In this document: piece by piece, positions 1 to 12,701 of the stretch
Numbering within the stretch: position 1 is the stretch's first letter
Layout of the letters: each line of letters opens with the position of its first letter
DNA from: Mytilus trossulus
Lineage: Eukaryota
Direction of reading: 5' to 3'
DNA length: 64,000 bases
Assembly (NCBI RefSeq): GCF_036588685.1
Contig: NC_086376.1
Coordinates: 4,464,001 to 4,528,000, forward strand
The notes under the pieces: model-generated
Told to the model about the DNA's origin: nothing
The model's database searches: none
The model's input: the letters and a program-made list of their open reading frames with translations, nothing else
Made by a program: the position numbers and the translations under genes

Positions 1-3000
1 TTCTTTAACTGCTGCAGCAATGTTCTGAAAACAGATATAAAATGTTAAAATTCTTATTCAAATTAAATCTTTCATTTGTAATATAAACTTAGCTTAGATA
101 GAAGAAAATACATCAGATTACTTAATAACTATTTTTGAAATAAGGCATTTATGGTCTACACATCACAATTTTTAAGATTATTACAACAATCATGATTTTT
201 ATTTACTTTACAAGATCTATATTTATTTATGAAGTATTCAGCCCAACTTTTTAAACCCTGTTGCTTTTAGTTCTAAATCTGGAGTTAGAATGCTAAATAT
301 TGTTTCAAATGAGCTGGTTACGGTAGACATTATGCTTATAAGACCTAGAATCTTCATTTCTGACCCCATTTAATTTGTTATCATTTTACTATGCTTCATA
401 GCAAACTGTTAAAATTCTTGATTGTTAAAAATAATATTTCATGAGGTCAATCAAGTTGAATTTTAAAATCAATTGTAAGAAGGTGACATCTAATATATTA
501 CAGTAACTTAATTTGGATAAATATATCATAAAAGTTTTACTGTCTGCATAAACAATATGACACTTACTGATTTTGTTGTTCTAAGCCATCCACCTTTTTC
601 TTCAAGTTAGCATTTTCTGATGTACACATTTTGACTCGTTTCTCCAACCCCTCCACATAACCCATCTTTCTCTTTCTACTTTCTTTTGCAGATATCTGTC
701 AAATAAAACATGAATTTGAAATTATTATTATTGATCAAAACATCCTGTCTAAAAATTGTTAACAATCACATTCTTTATTTCATTGTCAATTCAGTCTCTT
801 CAATCCCTTTTGTTGGCAAAATTTCTTCCTTTCTAACTATGTAGTATATATGTAGCTATATAGGTATAATGTAGTGCTCATAAATCATTGTGCATAAATC
901 AGGCAGATAGCTTTAGTTTTCTTGTTTAAATTGTTTTACTTTTGTCATTTCTTGTATTTGTTTTTGATGAATTGTTGAAGGCTGTAATCTCAAACATAAT
1001 TGCAAACTTCTATGTCATTTGGTCTATGTTGGATACATTTTGTAGCTGTCTCATTGGCAATCATAACACATCTTCTTGTTTTCATTTCAGATGTACAATG
1101 AACTCTCCATTTTTTACCTAGAAATCCAACTGCATTGCCCTTCATCCAAGTACATGTAGTACAAACTTTTAATTTAATGTTAGATTGTTATCTTTCTGAA
1201 TGTAAATACAATTTACATGTATGATACTGTACGTTGCATGTAATTCTAATATGACGTCCTTATTACGCTTTGTTAACAAAGCCGTGTTCTAATGAGCACA
1301 AAAAATATGCTTGACACTTGCGCAAGGACTTACTGCTTATATCAACGTTATTTCCATCGTTATCCTTTAAAGTATATACATTTAGGCAGCTGAAATAAAC
1401 TTTTATTATATATTTTTATGAAACAACATATATTTATCCTGCTAGAAGTTTTTAAACTTATTAAATATGAAATGCAATGCACAGATTCCTCGAGGAGGAA
1501 ACGGGAACAGCCAAACATTTTTACGGTAATTTCGTACGCTTGGACTTATAAAAATACTATATTAGTCCTATTAGAATCGAAATAATTCCTTCCTGTCATT
1601 ATTTCTTAAATAAGCATCCAAAAATCAGTCAAATTGAGTCAATTAGACTACATGTACATTTTTAGAAAAACAAACTTTTAATTTTTTCTGACCTTATTTC
1701 TTATTTTGCGTCTAACTGCTTTAAGGACTCTTTCTTCTTCCTTTGTCAGCGGCATATCTGTTGGGAGAACAACACCCTCTTTAGCCAGTAAGTCTAATTC
1801 TTCATCTGTCAGCTTTAATTCTGGAATCTGGAAATAAATGTATGAGCATAAAATTATAAAGTATGTTAAGTGGAAAGTATATTTTAAGAAGAAAGAAATA
1901 AACCATACAGATCTTATCTTCACATGCTCATCATTTTTGCTTTGTAAACAGGATGTTCTATAACATATTGTATTTTCAAAACCATGAGCAAAAATACAAG
2001 AACTTGGTCAAAATTGTAATGTTAGTGTACTACATAGATGCCAACCCCCTTTTGACACAATCAGTAACAAACTATGAAATTTTCCGTATTTTTGAAAAGT
2101 TTTCAGTAATCATTCATAAACGTGCACTTACCAATAAAAATTACTGACGAGTGGTTGCAAGGTGATGTGCACTAAAATTTGTTGTTTGAAATGTTGTCTG
2201 TAGTATGTATTCCATTAATTAATTGATCAGATGTTCTCGACTCGTACATTTTCGTTTTGTCAAGGAGAAGTAGAGAAAGGGGGAAAGCTACTCATAAAAT
2301 GCAAGTTTGCCACTTCGGAAGTCAGTTAGTTACTCAACAATAGGTTGATAACTCCTGAGAAACCGGAAGCATTACATTGGCGTTTTCTAAATACCGGACC
2401 AGGACAGAAAAGTAATGATAAAAATCCGCGTTTCACAAAATTGAACAGCTATGATTGGTAATCCGTAACTATTCGACTTTGACCGTAATAGCGTAGTTTT
2501 ATAGCAAAATCGGAGAAACTACGCAAAAATCGTAATGGTTGGCATCTATGGTACTAACTCATAGTCCATGTAGTCTTAAAAAGACATGAAAGAGTTTCAG
2601 CCATATCAACCTTTATATTAATAGATCTTGTCTTGTGGCTCTTCTTATCTATGTAAAGTTTCTATCTATCTTTTCAAGTAAATAAACAAAAATGCACAAA
2701 TCTTAAAGTTAATTCTATTTCTATGTGCTACATGTAAAATGTATGTATAAATTTATCTTTAGATACAATTTACAGGTACATTTTGTACCACCAAAAAAAT
2801 GCTTAGTTCAGTTAATATTCAAAACAAAAGCACAATAGAATTATTTTGTTTATTACCTTTGATGATGTTGATGTGTTAATATCTTTCATGGTAAATGGTA
2901 ATGTATCACACGATGTAACTTTGATGACACGAATAACTTGACTAGAATCAACAGTGGCTGTTGTACTGGTGACTTCATTCAGTGGACTGTCTAAACCTAC

Positions 3001-4875
3001 AATAGAATATAAATTTAAATTAGAATAATAAATAAAGATTAAACATTTTATTTCAGAGCTTATTTGCTGATTTCGTCATATTACTAAGTCCAAATAAAAG
3101 ATGTATTCAATATTTGGTGATGAACTTGTTCAATAGGTACAGTTGTACATGTATGTTAAAATATTCACTTACAAGCAAAATGTTCCTGTATTAAGAATTA
3201 TAAACCATTTCAATTCCTTACCAAAATTAATTGATGTTTCCTGATTTAGAGCATTTGTACTACAAATTTCTTTGAGGAAATCTTCATCAGTTGCATTCAT
3301 CAATAAACTAGGATCAATTCCATCAATATTAATGTCTTTCATGTCTAAATCCTCAAGTGACAGTACATTATTTTGTTGAATGATACCAGCTTGTCCAACA
3401 TCACAATTGATTTCCATCATATCAGGAATTAAGTTTGATTGACTCCTTGGGGATCCTGACATTTCTCCTGACTGTGGGCTTTGTTGCTGGTCTGTTGATC
3501 TTGGACTATACTGTTGGTCAGACGACACACTCTGTGGGGAATAAGCATGACCACTTGAGCTCATTGATATCCCGCTGTCACTGTTTGATGGTGATTTTTG
3601 AGCATAATAATCATGATCTGAATAAATGTCTTTTGTTTTATTTTCTAATTCTGGTGGGTCAAGGAAATCAAAGTTGTTAATGTTGGCTTCATTTAAGGCA
3701 GATTCCAAAAGATCTCCAGAAAATAAGTCAAGGTCAGACTGAAATGAGAAAAGATACATAAATTCAAAATATTTTTATAATATTCCCTCACTGGTAATGA
3801 CTGGCGACTGGGTAAACTTCAAGACATGAATGTACATTGTGCTTATCACATTAGTGTACTTAGTTTTTGTTTAAAATAGTTATAGACAAATTGAACAAAT
3901 ATACATGTACATGTATACACAGTTGTAGAAATAATGAGATGTGGTATGATGCCAATGAGAAAACTCTTAATAAAAGTTACAATGTGTAAAAAGTAAACAA
4001 TTGGGATCACTTATGCATGAACAGCAACTTTTAAAGGGCTCCAAAATATCAAGTGTAAAAATATCTTGTTTATTATTTTTAAAAATTCTAACTACTTTGA
4101 CACTAATGATTGATAGCCTTTACTACAGAATTCATCTTTCGCTGTCATGTAAGAATATAACAAATGTTTAAAATATATTCATGCTAAAATCTATTCTTTG
4201 CAGACATATATATATACATGTACAATGTACATTTGTAATTATCTAAAATCACAACACACACATGCACACACCAAAACTGAAACATGACAATATGTCTTCA
4301 TGTAAAATGGTTTCAAATGAATGCTAATATAAGAATTGTATTGAAGTATATTTCACAGGTATGTACAGCCATTGACAAGCACAAGTACATTTTTTGTACA
4401 AAAACATGCAATTGTACAAATGTATACAAATTCACCAAGTCACCTCTTGAAATATATCACTCCAGTCATCACTAACAGCATCTTCTTCAGAATCTGAATG
4501 ATTTCTATCATTGTACTTGATTAGTGTAAAATCTTCATCCAAAAGAGGGAAAGGTATGGCATCAAATAAATCAACATCATCACCTGCTAGTATATCCATA
4601 TCCATGTTACTTAAATCACATACACCGAATGACAATTGACAACATGGAAGTGTGTGTGTGGAAGAACATTCTATTTATAGATTTATGTGTCAGCAATATG
4701 TTACATCAGAAAGATAAAGATTAGTTCACAAGCTACAGTGATGTCAGCATCACTTACAGAAAATACTTACAAAGTCCAATGGTGGCACATGTGGATTGTC
4801 GAACTCTTTCGACAGTACACCTTCTTGGTCATCAAACAACAGGTCAAGCACATGCAAATTGGCGTCCACTTCCAT
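1..4875 (-). CDS. CREB3: CREB3-family (Luman/CREB3L3/CREB3L4-like) ER-anchored bZIP transcription factor, 5' part; coding exons 4875-4771, 3738-3222, 2996-2857, 1827-1693, 695-568, 24-<1 (continues beyond window)
   Basis: Exons join in frame with GT-AG sites (phases 0,1,0,0,2). N-terminus [21 protein letters not shown] resembles the CREB3L3-type LDLLFD..GxL start. Exon 2 carries DHDY (HCF-1-binding-type motif, 3607-3618) and DSGIS (3565-3579). ATB plus basic region [42 protein letters not shown]|[21 protein letters not shown] is followed by the leucine zipper. Exact paralog assignment is uncertain. Confidence 0.93.
2033..2550. mobile_element. Non-autonomous DNA transposon (MITE) in CREB3 intron
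   Basis: Perfect 14-bp TIRs CATAGATGCCAACC / GGTTGGCATCTATG; 6-bp target duplication GTACTA (2027-2032, 2551-2556); no coding capacity. Confidence 0.85.
4444..4605 (-). CDS. Probable alternative first coding exon (1b) of the CREB3-like gene, acidic activation-domain-like peptide
   Basis: ATG at 4605 opens 54 codons [26 protein letters not shown]...DDWSDIFQE, ending at a GAG|gtgact donor in phase 0, compatible with exon 2 (3738). TATAAATA lies about 70 nt upstream (4672-4679, minus strand). Confidence 0.6.
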
Positions 4876-4929
4876 TAATATGTTTAAGTTATTAACATCT
4901 ATTTATGGAAATTGACAAAATATCAAAAA

Positions 4930-5238
4930 TGACGTGTAACAAACTTCGTCAACGTTTGTATGTTGTTAGGGGATTCCCAAAATGTGACGATGACACACCA
5001 GTGTAAAACGAAAATACAAAATAAATTGAACAGTCAGCAGTTAGAAATATTCCCCAGAAAGATTTTTTTCTTAAAAATCAATGTTTTTGATTATTGACAA
5101 GTCTATTTAATCCCTCGTTTCCTTATTGTTGGAAATTACACCACAACACAAAAAATGACGTGGAAGCGGAAGTAAACTGCAAGTAAACACACCTTCGGAA
5201 CTTCTCTATAATTTCCCATGAAATGATTTCCCGCCAAA
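4930..5238. promoter_or_regulatory. Upstream regulatory region of the CREB3-like gene
   Basis: Cluster of consensus motifs: TGACGTGT 4930-4937, GGGGATTCCC (Rel/NF-kB-like) 4969-4978, TGACGTGG (UPRE) 5156-5163, CGGAAGT (ETS) 5167-5173, TTTCCCGCCAAA (E2F) 5227-5238. Confidence 0.5.
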
Positions 5239-5307
5239 TTCTAAACAATATTGATCAATATAAAATAGCTTCTGAAAAAAACTTGTCTGACTTTATTTTC
5301 ATAGTAA

Positions 5308-5428
5308 ATGCCAACAGCAAGGATTTTTCACTATTAATAATAATAAGACTTTAAAAATCCCTACCAACAGCAGGTATTTTTCACTATTGATAGTAATAAG
5401 ACTATATACAAATCCTTGCCAACAGATA
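5308..5428. repeat. Short degenerate tandem repeat (about 55 bp, about 2.3 copies)
   Basis: ccaacagca(a/g)g..tttttcactatt.ata.taataagact recurs at about 5310 and 5363, with a partial copy at about 5418. Confidence 0.6.
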
Positions 5429-6966
5429 GAATAATAATAATTAACAGACTGTCCGACCTTCATTTTGACTTGTTATTGTCTTAGATTATCATTATTTATG
5501 TAACGAGTTCCCAGTATAGGCCAATACAGAGATTGGCTGCAGAGACATATACATCATGTATGTTGTAATACAAATTCTGAAAACAAAAGATTTCAGAAGA
5601 CTGCTGCATTTTTTTAAAATTGGCCTGCGCTTTAAAGGGCATTATAACTGTCAATGTACTTTCATATACTCGTGTTCTTACATTTCAAAGTTTAGTATAT
5701 CTATAAAGACGCCATCTAAAAGTTACCGAGATGACCTCCTAAGACTACTGACACTGCTGACGTTCAAAACCCCCGATATAATAGGTCGCATACCTCCTTA
5801 GTTTTCTTGCGTTTGAGCCAGGTTAAATCAGAATAGCGCTTCAAATGCAAGAAATAAATAACGTGATATTTTCATTCCGAGTCTATTGGTGTGGATAAGA
5901 GTTGAAGAAATTGCATTTACCGAAGGTAATATTTGGTAATAATCTGATGATGAGACATGATTCTAGTAAGAATTAAGTAGGTAAGTAGTTTTTATAAGGA
6001 AATAGATATTTATTTATTTTTTTTATTTTCCAAAATTCAGTTGGAAATTATTGTCTTATACTTCTAGCAAAGAAGTCATTTAATACATCTTGGCTTTGAA
6101 GTTTCCATATTTTTGACGAATAACTTTTTATGCTATTTTTTTTACACATGCATACCGTGACCTTATTTTTTTCTCTTAAACATTTATTCCATGGTGATGG
6201 TTAAGAAGACGACCTAAATATGTTATATGTTTTAATTTAGTTTTACAAACATCATCATACCATGGTTAAGTATGCTTTGATTTCTTACTGTTCTTGTGTA
6301 CCCGATCTTTTGGTGAACATTTCAAGTTCCTGCAACAGCATTTTTTTTAAATCCCAGAAAAATTATTAACAATGTCATTTAAATCAGAAAGTGGTGTTGT
6401 ATCATTTACAAAAATTGCTTCTTTAAAGTAGATATTTTCTCAGATAAATGTCTAAATTCAACATCCTTTAAATAGATAATAAATTGCTCTTCTATATGTT
6501 TCGACCAATAACACAAATTATTTAACATGACTTTACTAAAATATCTATATATTTTTAGTGATTGGTGTTACAAGAGGACAAATGAACTGACCCAATCGAG
6601 TTACCAATTTCTCTCCTTGTTCACCACTTATTTTTGTCAATATGTCTTGTTTTGTGAACTTTCTTTGCTGTTTGTTTTTGTGAATGAGTCAAGTTTTGGG
6701 AAATTCTTTATATTTTTATTTTGTGAACATGATATGGCATGCCTCTCTTTAAGTTTTATCATTTGGTTATACCTTCAAAGTGTCTTATAATTTTCATTTT
6801 TGATTTAAAGTGATTGTGAAATGTTCTGATTGTTGTACACAGTTTCTTACATTGTAAAAACAATTTAACATGATTTTCCACAATGTTATTAAGAGCGGTG
6901 TATTACGTTTGCGCGCATTACCATTACGTTTGTGCGCAGCTTTTGATTACATTTGCGCGTATTTTT

Positions 6967-7066
6967 NNNNNNNNNNNNNNNNNNNNNNNNNNNNNNNNNN
7001 NNNNNNNNNNNNNNNNNNNNNNNNNNNNNNNNNNNNNNNNNNNNNNNNNNNNNNNNNNNNNNNNNN
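6967..7066. other. Assembly gap (100 N)
   Basis: Run of exactly 100 n, preceded by attacgtttgcgcgc sub-repeats (about 6900-6962) typical of a repeat arm. Confidence 0.99.
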
Positions 7067-7350
7067 TGTTACTGTAATGGAATAAAAAATATTGTAATGC
7101 ATAATTATTTGTTAGAACATGTTATATTTTCATCCACCGAAATTGATTGTGCGTATTTTCCATATTTGTTTCACTATTCCCCCTTTTTCTATATATTCCC
7201 CTGTTACTATTCAATTGCTCTTCCTTTTAGAAGTCTAATGGCTATTTTTTTTTCAAATAGTAGATGAATAAGATGCAAGTGACAGCAATACAAAAAGACT
7301 TTTCCATGTCAACACACACACAATGGTTTGACGGATGGCATATCTTTTAC

Positions 7351-9404
7351 TTACACTGGTGTTGAAGTCCTTGTTCTGTCATTCACTTGGAATTCAATCA
7401 TTTTAACTATGTCCTGTTCCATCTTAAACAAATAATAAAAAAGTAATTAAAAAAGGGAACAAATATGAAAGAAAAATAAAATCTTATTTGTCTGTGCAAA
7501 ATCGGTTACATACAACCCTTAACATTTACACTATAAGTCCTACATTTTACTCTATTCTCTGCAAGGAAATAATTATTCTACAAATACAAACCATCAAGTA
7601 TGTAACCAGTACCAAAATCTGTCATACATTTTTCAGTGGTTACCGTAGTTCATTAAAATTGAAGTTTTCATACCATACCTCTCTTTATATAGTAAAGTGC
7701 TTATCAATTACAATTTTTATTGAAGTTCCATAGATCAATAAATTGGTATTTTTGTGTCTGTTTTGTGTTATAATAAATATTGCATTTTTACCTTTTTGAC
7801 AGAAGATCTTATCCTCGACTCCTGTTCCAAAAGATCTTGGTACTTTTGTTCCGTCCTTTTTGCTTGCTTTAATGTTTATTGAAGGTGTTTCTGAACCTTA
7901 TTCATAGCTATTCGTGTTGCGCGTTCTTCATGTGCATTTAAATGCTCTCCGATGTAATCATTTATCTTCTTTGAAGTATCCATCTTGTATGTAACTTTTC
8001 TGTCGGCAAGCCAACACACCTGGAATCGTATTTAATTCACATTTTAGAAATAAGAAATTCTCAGAACAATTAACTGTGCGTATTGTTATGCTTTTACTTT
8101 TCTACATTGGCTAGAGGTATAGGGGGAGAGTTGAGATCTCACAAACATGTTTAACCCCGCCGCATTTTTGCGCCTGTCCCAAGTCAGGAGCCTCTGGCCT
8201 TTGTTAGACCGTCTTTGTTAGTCTTGTATTATCTTAATTTTAGTTTTGTTGTGTACAATTTGGAAATAAGTATGGAGTTCATTATCACTGAACTAGTATA
8301 TATTTGTTTAGGGGCCAGCTGACTGAGGACGCCTCCGGGTGCGGGAATTTCTCGCTACATTGAAGAACTGTTGGTGACCTTCTGCGGTTGTTTTTTCTAT
8401 GGTCGGGTTGTTGTCTCTTTGACACATTCCCCATTTCCATTCTCAATTTTATTAAATAATAGTAATATCTGAAGCATTTGTTATAATTTATCATACATTT
8501 TTACAAGAATATTTTTCAGAGGTCGAGTCGGTTGATGAAAGTTCAGGTTCCTTTCTCAGATTCTTTTGACTTCTGTCCTTATTAAAAATTGTTTTTTTGT
8601 GAGTGGGGTTGGGTGTTCGATCTTCCAATTAAGTCCTTTAACTAGAACTGTTTAAAGGATTGCATTTGACAATCCATTGTCTCTTCAATTTCATTTTACT
8701 AATTTTTCTTATGATTTTTATCTCACATTATTTATTGGTTCTTGTTTTCTGGGGGGATCTGATGTGAATTGAAATTATTACCTTTTGCTGATCCTGCAAT
8801 TTCTTGTAAATTTGATTGTGTTTTTTAATCTCCTTTTCCATTTCTTTAATTTTCTTTTCGCATTGCTTGACAGTCTTCTTGTCAAACCTAAAGTAAAGAA
8901 TGTTAGAACAATTTTTATAACATGATTTAACGAAATTGTTGATTTCCATCTTTCCATCATTTTTTCCAAATTACCTAACCATTTAAATAGAAATAAGGGG
9001 GGGGGGGGGGGCTGATATAGTTTCCCATGAGACAATTATCCAACAAAGTTCCGAAATGAAGTGGATGTCAGCAACTATAGGCAACAGCAAGGCCTTCAAC
9101 ATTGAGAAAAACGATACCATACCGTATGGTCGGCTATCAAAAGCCCCAACATGAAAATAGGAAATAATTAAATTGAGAAAACTAACGGCCTAATTGAAAA
9201 CAAACCAATTAATTGTATGGTGGAAAGGTTATATATATAAACTATCAGGCCCTCACGAAAACAAAAGACTTACAGCTCACAAACTGAAATTATTCATTAA
9301 CTTAACTAGTGAATTCTTAAAAATACTTACATTCCATCGAAAACATAACCTATTCCGTACATTCTTGGAATATATATGGTCATTACGACATCTGTAGCCT
9401 CCAT
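7351..9404 (-). pseudogene. Four-exon orphan coiled-coil protein gene (about 159 codons) with in-frame TAA; exons 9404-9331, 8887-8782, 8019-7792, 7422-7351
   Basis: Exons splice in frame with canonical sites (AT|gtaagt, ttag|G, AAG|gtaata, ccag|GTG, AAG|gtaaaa, taag|ATG). Product MEATDVVMTIYIPRMYGIGYVFDGMFDKKTVKQCEKKIKEMEKEIKKHNQIYKKLQDQQKVCWLADRKV...KHLQ*TLKQAKRTEQKYQDLLEQESRIRSSVKKMEQDIVKMIEFQVNDRTRTSTPV*. The TAA is at 7876-7878. Confidence 0.6.
8072..8452 (+). mobile_element. Dispersed repeat: 3' non-coding end of a Penelope-like element
   Basis: Same sequence (ctacattggctagaggtatagg...ccaagtcaggagcctctggcc...gacacattccccatttccattctcaattttat) follows PLE coding fragments at about 36040-36200 and 47630-47880, and recurs at 60888-61238 and 62165-62250. 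Confidence 0.8.
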
Positions 9405-10256
9405 TTCTTTTATTTTTCTCTGCGAAATGTTGCTGAATCTCTGCGTGTATTTCTTTTCACGTCGTAGTGAAGGAAAGAAGAGAATGATGGGAAGGGCCGA
9501 CGTCACAATAAAGACGTCTTCCAGTTGGACGTTAACACAACAATAAGAACGACGTTGAAAAGGCTGTTTTCATCCATAATTCCAGGCTTGATAGAATAAC
9601 TATCCTTCTGTCAAACCAAACTAATGGTACATTACAAGTTGCTAAATATAAAAATAAAGATATGAAGTGTGAATGGCAATATAACTACTATCCACCAGTG
9701 TTTTAATTGATATAAATATAAAAAGATGTGGCATAAATGCCAATGAGACAATCTCAACCAGAGGCCAATACAATGACATAGAAATTGACAACTATAAGAT
9801 ACCAAACAGCCTTCAATCATGAGCAAAACATATATTGCATAGTCCGCTAATTATGGCTTCTAAATGAAAAATGAACTTGATTTTATTATAAGCAATATTA
9901 AACAATCATAAGGCCTTCGTGGTGGTTATTGAACAAAAATGTTAACGAAATACCAACACGACAAAGCGTTGATTGTATATATGGGATTTTGTAATGAAAT
10001 TTAACTTTACGAAACATCCGTTGGTTAGCTTGCCTGCATATCTTTAACTGTAGGAACTAAAATACAACGATATTTAACAGCAAACGTTTTTTTAATAAGG
10101 TGACTAATAATTGGCTCTATAGACAAATTGATACAGGTTATTATTATAATTCTTTTTTGGCAAACAAGATTTTATAGAAAATTTAATGTGTCAAAGGCTA
10201 CAACAATCAGTTTTTATAAACAAAAAATCCCCGAGTCCAAAACAGGATGATTGTTA

Positions 10257-11274
10257 CGGAAGCGTATTAGGGACATAGTAAAAATAAAATTGGCAGTGAA
10301 CTTTTTTTTCAAAGACGATATTTTGTCTCCTCAAATCTCGAAATTTTGTCTTACTATAATTTTGACTTTCTAAAATCTTGAAATTTCGACTTTTTGAAAA
10401 GTCGAAATTTTGACTTTTTCATTACTCGAAATTTCGACTTTATAAAAAGTCAAAATTTCTACTTTAAACTAAAAATTTCGACACTTTTAAAACTTGAAAT
10501 TTCGACTCTTTTAAAACTTGAAATTTCGACTTTGAACTAAAAAGTTCATCTTTTAAAATCTCGATTTTTTTTAAAAGTTAAAATTTTGACTTTTTCTAAA
10601 TACTTAGATGTTAGTATTCAAACACAGTTTATAATTACAATTTTAGAAGGAGTAGACATGGAGGCAAATTAGTAAAGTGTCATCCACACATTTTTGGCAA
10701 TTAATATTCAGAAATTGGTTTTGTTCTTAAATTAAGATGCGGATTAGCATTTAATATTGAAGAGTTTCATTCGGAAAGAACATTCATGTTGACAGAAAAA
10801 AATTGTTTTCCCATATTCCAAGTTTTAGTTTCCAAGACACTGTCATAGGATCGTCAGATTTGATGAAATTTAGCATCACAGTTTCAAAGGCATGTTTGGT
10901 TTCCCAATAGCAAGTCACTGACTTTGCCTGGTTTAAAAATTTCGAGTTAAAGACAAAATTTTGTGTTTGAAAGAAGTCGAAATTTCGACTTTAGAAAAAG
11001 TAGAAATTTCGAGTTTTAACAAAGTCGAAATTTTGAGTTTGAAGTCGAAATTATGACTTTTTATAAATTCAAAATTTCGAATTCTAGATGAGTCAAAATT
11101 GCGACTTTTTGAAAAGCCGTAATTTCAAGATTTTAGAAAGTCATAATTTCAAGATCAGAAAAGTTAAAATTTCGAGTTAAAGTCGAAATTTTAAGATCTG
11201 AAATGTCAAAACTTCGACTTTGAAAAAAGTTCTCTGCCAATTTTATTTTTTTCTATGTCCATAAGACGCTTCCG
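10257..11274. mobile_element. Foldback-type MITE with modular inverted arms
   Basis: Termini CGGAAGCGT...GGACATAG..AAAATAAAATTGGCAG and its inverted copy, flanked by TA. Each arm holds about 21-22-bp gaaatttcgacttt sub-repeats (about 10330-10600, and inverted about 10930-11220). Confidence 0.85.
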
Positions 11275-12701
11275 TACTACTCCATAATAATTTTTAATCC
11301 AGTCCTAAAATATTCACATTTTTAGGTCAGAAATGTACTCCATTGTAAAAAAAAACCAGTTCGGACACATGTTTATTTCATATCCCCATCTATGTCGTCC
11401 ATGACCACCATATGATCGCTCCCACAAAACAATGCAAAAGTTAGGACGGAATTGTTTGTCCAATATGTACCCAATTCAGAGGGAAACAACAGTATAATAA
11501 GATATAAATTTTCAACTAGTGTTTTACACAATACTTTTGCACCTGCATGCATGAAACATTCTGTATTGCTAAAAAAAGACAAAATTTTGAAAATATTATT
11601 TTCATTTTTCTTATTCTGTACTGCGTATATTCATTTTTTGTATATAACTTTGCAAATTTATATCAAGAAAAATAAATATCTGTAAAGGTGCTTTCACAGT
11701 TGAATGTGGACAGAGTGACATCAGCATTGCATGACAACTTTTTATTGACAATAAACTTTGTAACTCAATTGTGTTAACATAAAATAATTAGAAAAGAACT
11801 ACAGATGACAAAACCTATGCTTTTATCTTTTTGTTTCTCCAGAAAATAAACAATCAATAAAGTATTTTTTATTTTATATTGCAGTTTACTTTCATTGGTT
11901 CATATTTAAACAGATACATGTAGAAACGGTAAAAGTACATACTTGTTACAATGTCCTTGAAGACCGTGTGATCCTACAAACAAGTTATATAAGAATGCAT
12001 ATTTTATTTGTTTATTTACAATTAAGAATCGAGATATCTCTTTGAAATAAAAATCATATCGACGATCTACAAAGAATAAATATCGTAAATTTTGTATGAA
12101 AACATGACACTTTTGTGATGAATTCTACCATGTTGTGCAGTTTAACAGTCGCCAGCTCCATAAACTTGTCACTTTTCTGCGCAGGTCAGCCTTTGTGGTT
12201 ATGTCACACGCCTAGATAACATAGTATAAAATCAACGACACGCAAGATGATGCTACAGTCCCATATTGTCTGCATTGCTAAGAAGTCTAAGGTAATTTTA
12301 AAGGTGTATATTGTTTAATTGTAATATGAGGCAGGCATTACGTGTAAATGGGGACGAAGTCTGTATGAATTATTTTTTTGTAACTTAAATATTTAAAAAA
12401 AAAAAAGAAACGGAAATACCGTAACGTTTCCGATTTTGGAATTTAATATGAAAAAGAAATTGTCAACGTTTTAAAAAAAAGATCATTCATTTTCTTAAAT
12501 ATTGTGAAAATATGTTTTTTTGGTAATTTTACGAAAAAAGAAATTTTGAAGTAGCGCACCTGACTATTGTTATATTTGTTATTTTCGTCATATTAATTTC
12601 ATTCAATATTGCATATATTTTGGTATAATCTGTAAACTTTTGTATAAAGAAAAAGTCACTGTTTAATATATGTTTTTCCTTCATTATTTTCAGTCATCAT
12701 T

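Noticed and set aside
5880-5990. Strong plus-strand donor (tag|gtaagt at about 5981), suggesting a divergent transcript from the CREB3 promoter
   Set aside because: No linked ORF or acceptor could be established, and the nearby assembly gap prevents tracing.
6870-7267. ORFs spanning the N run
   Set aside because: Artefacts of the 100-N gap.
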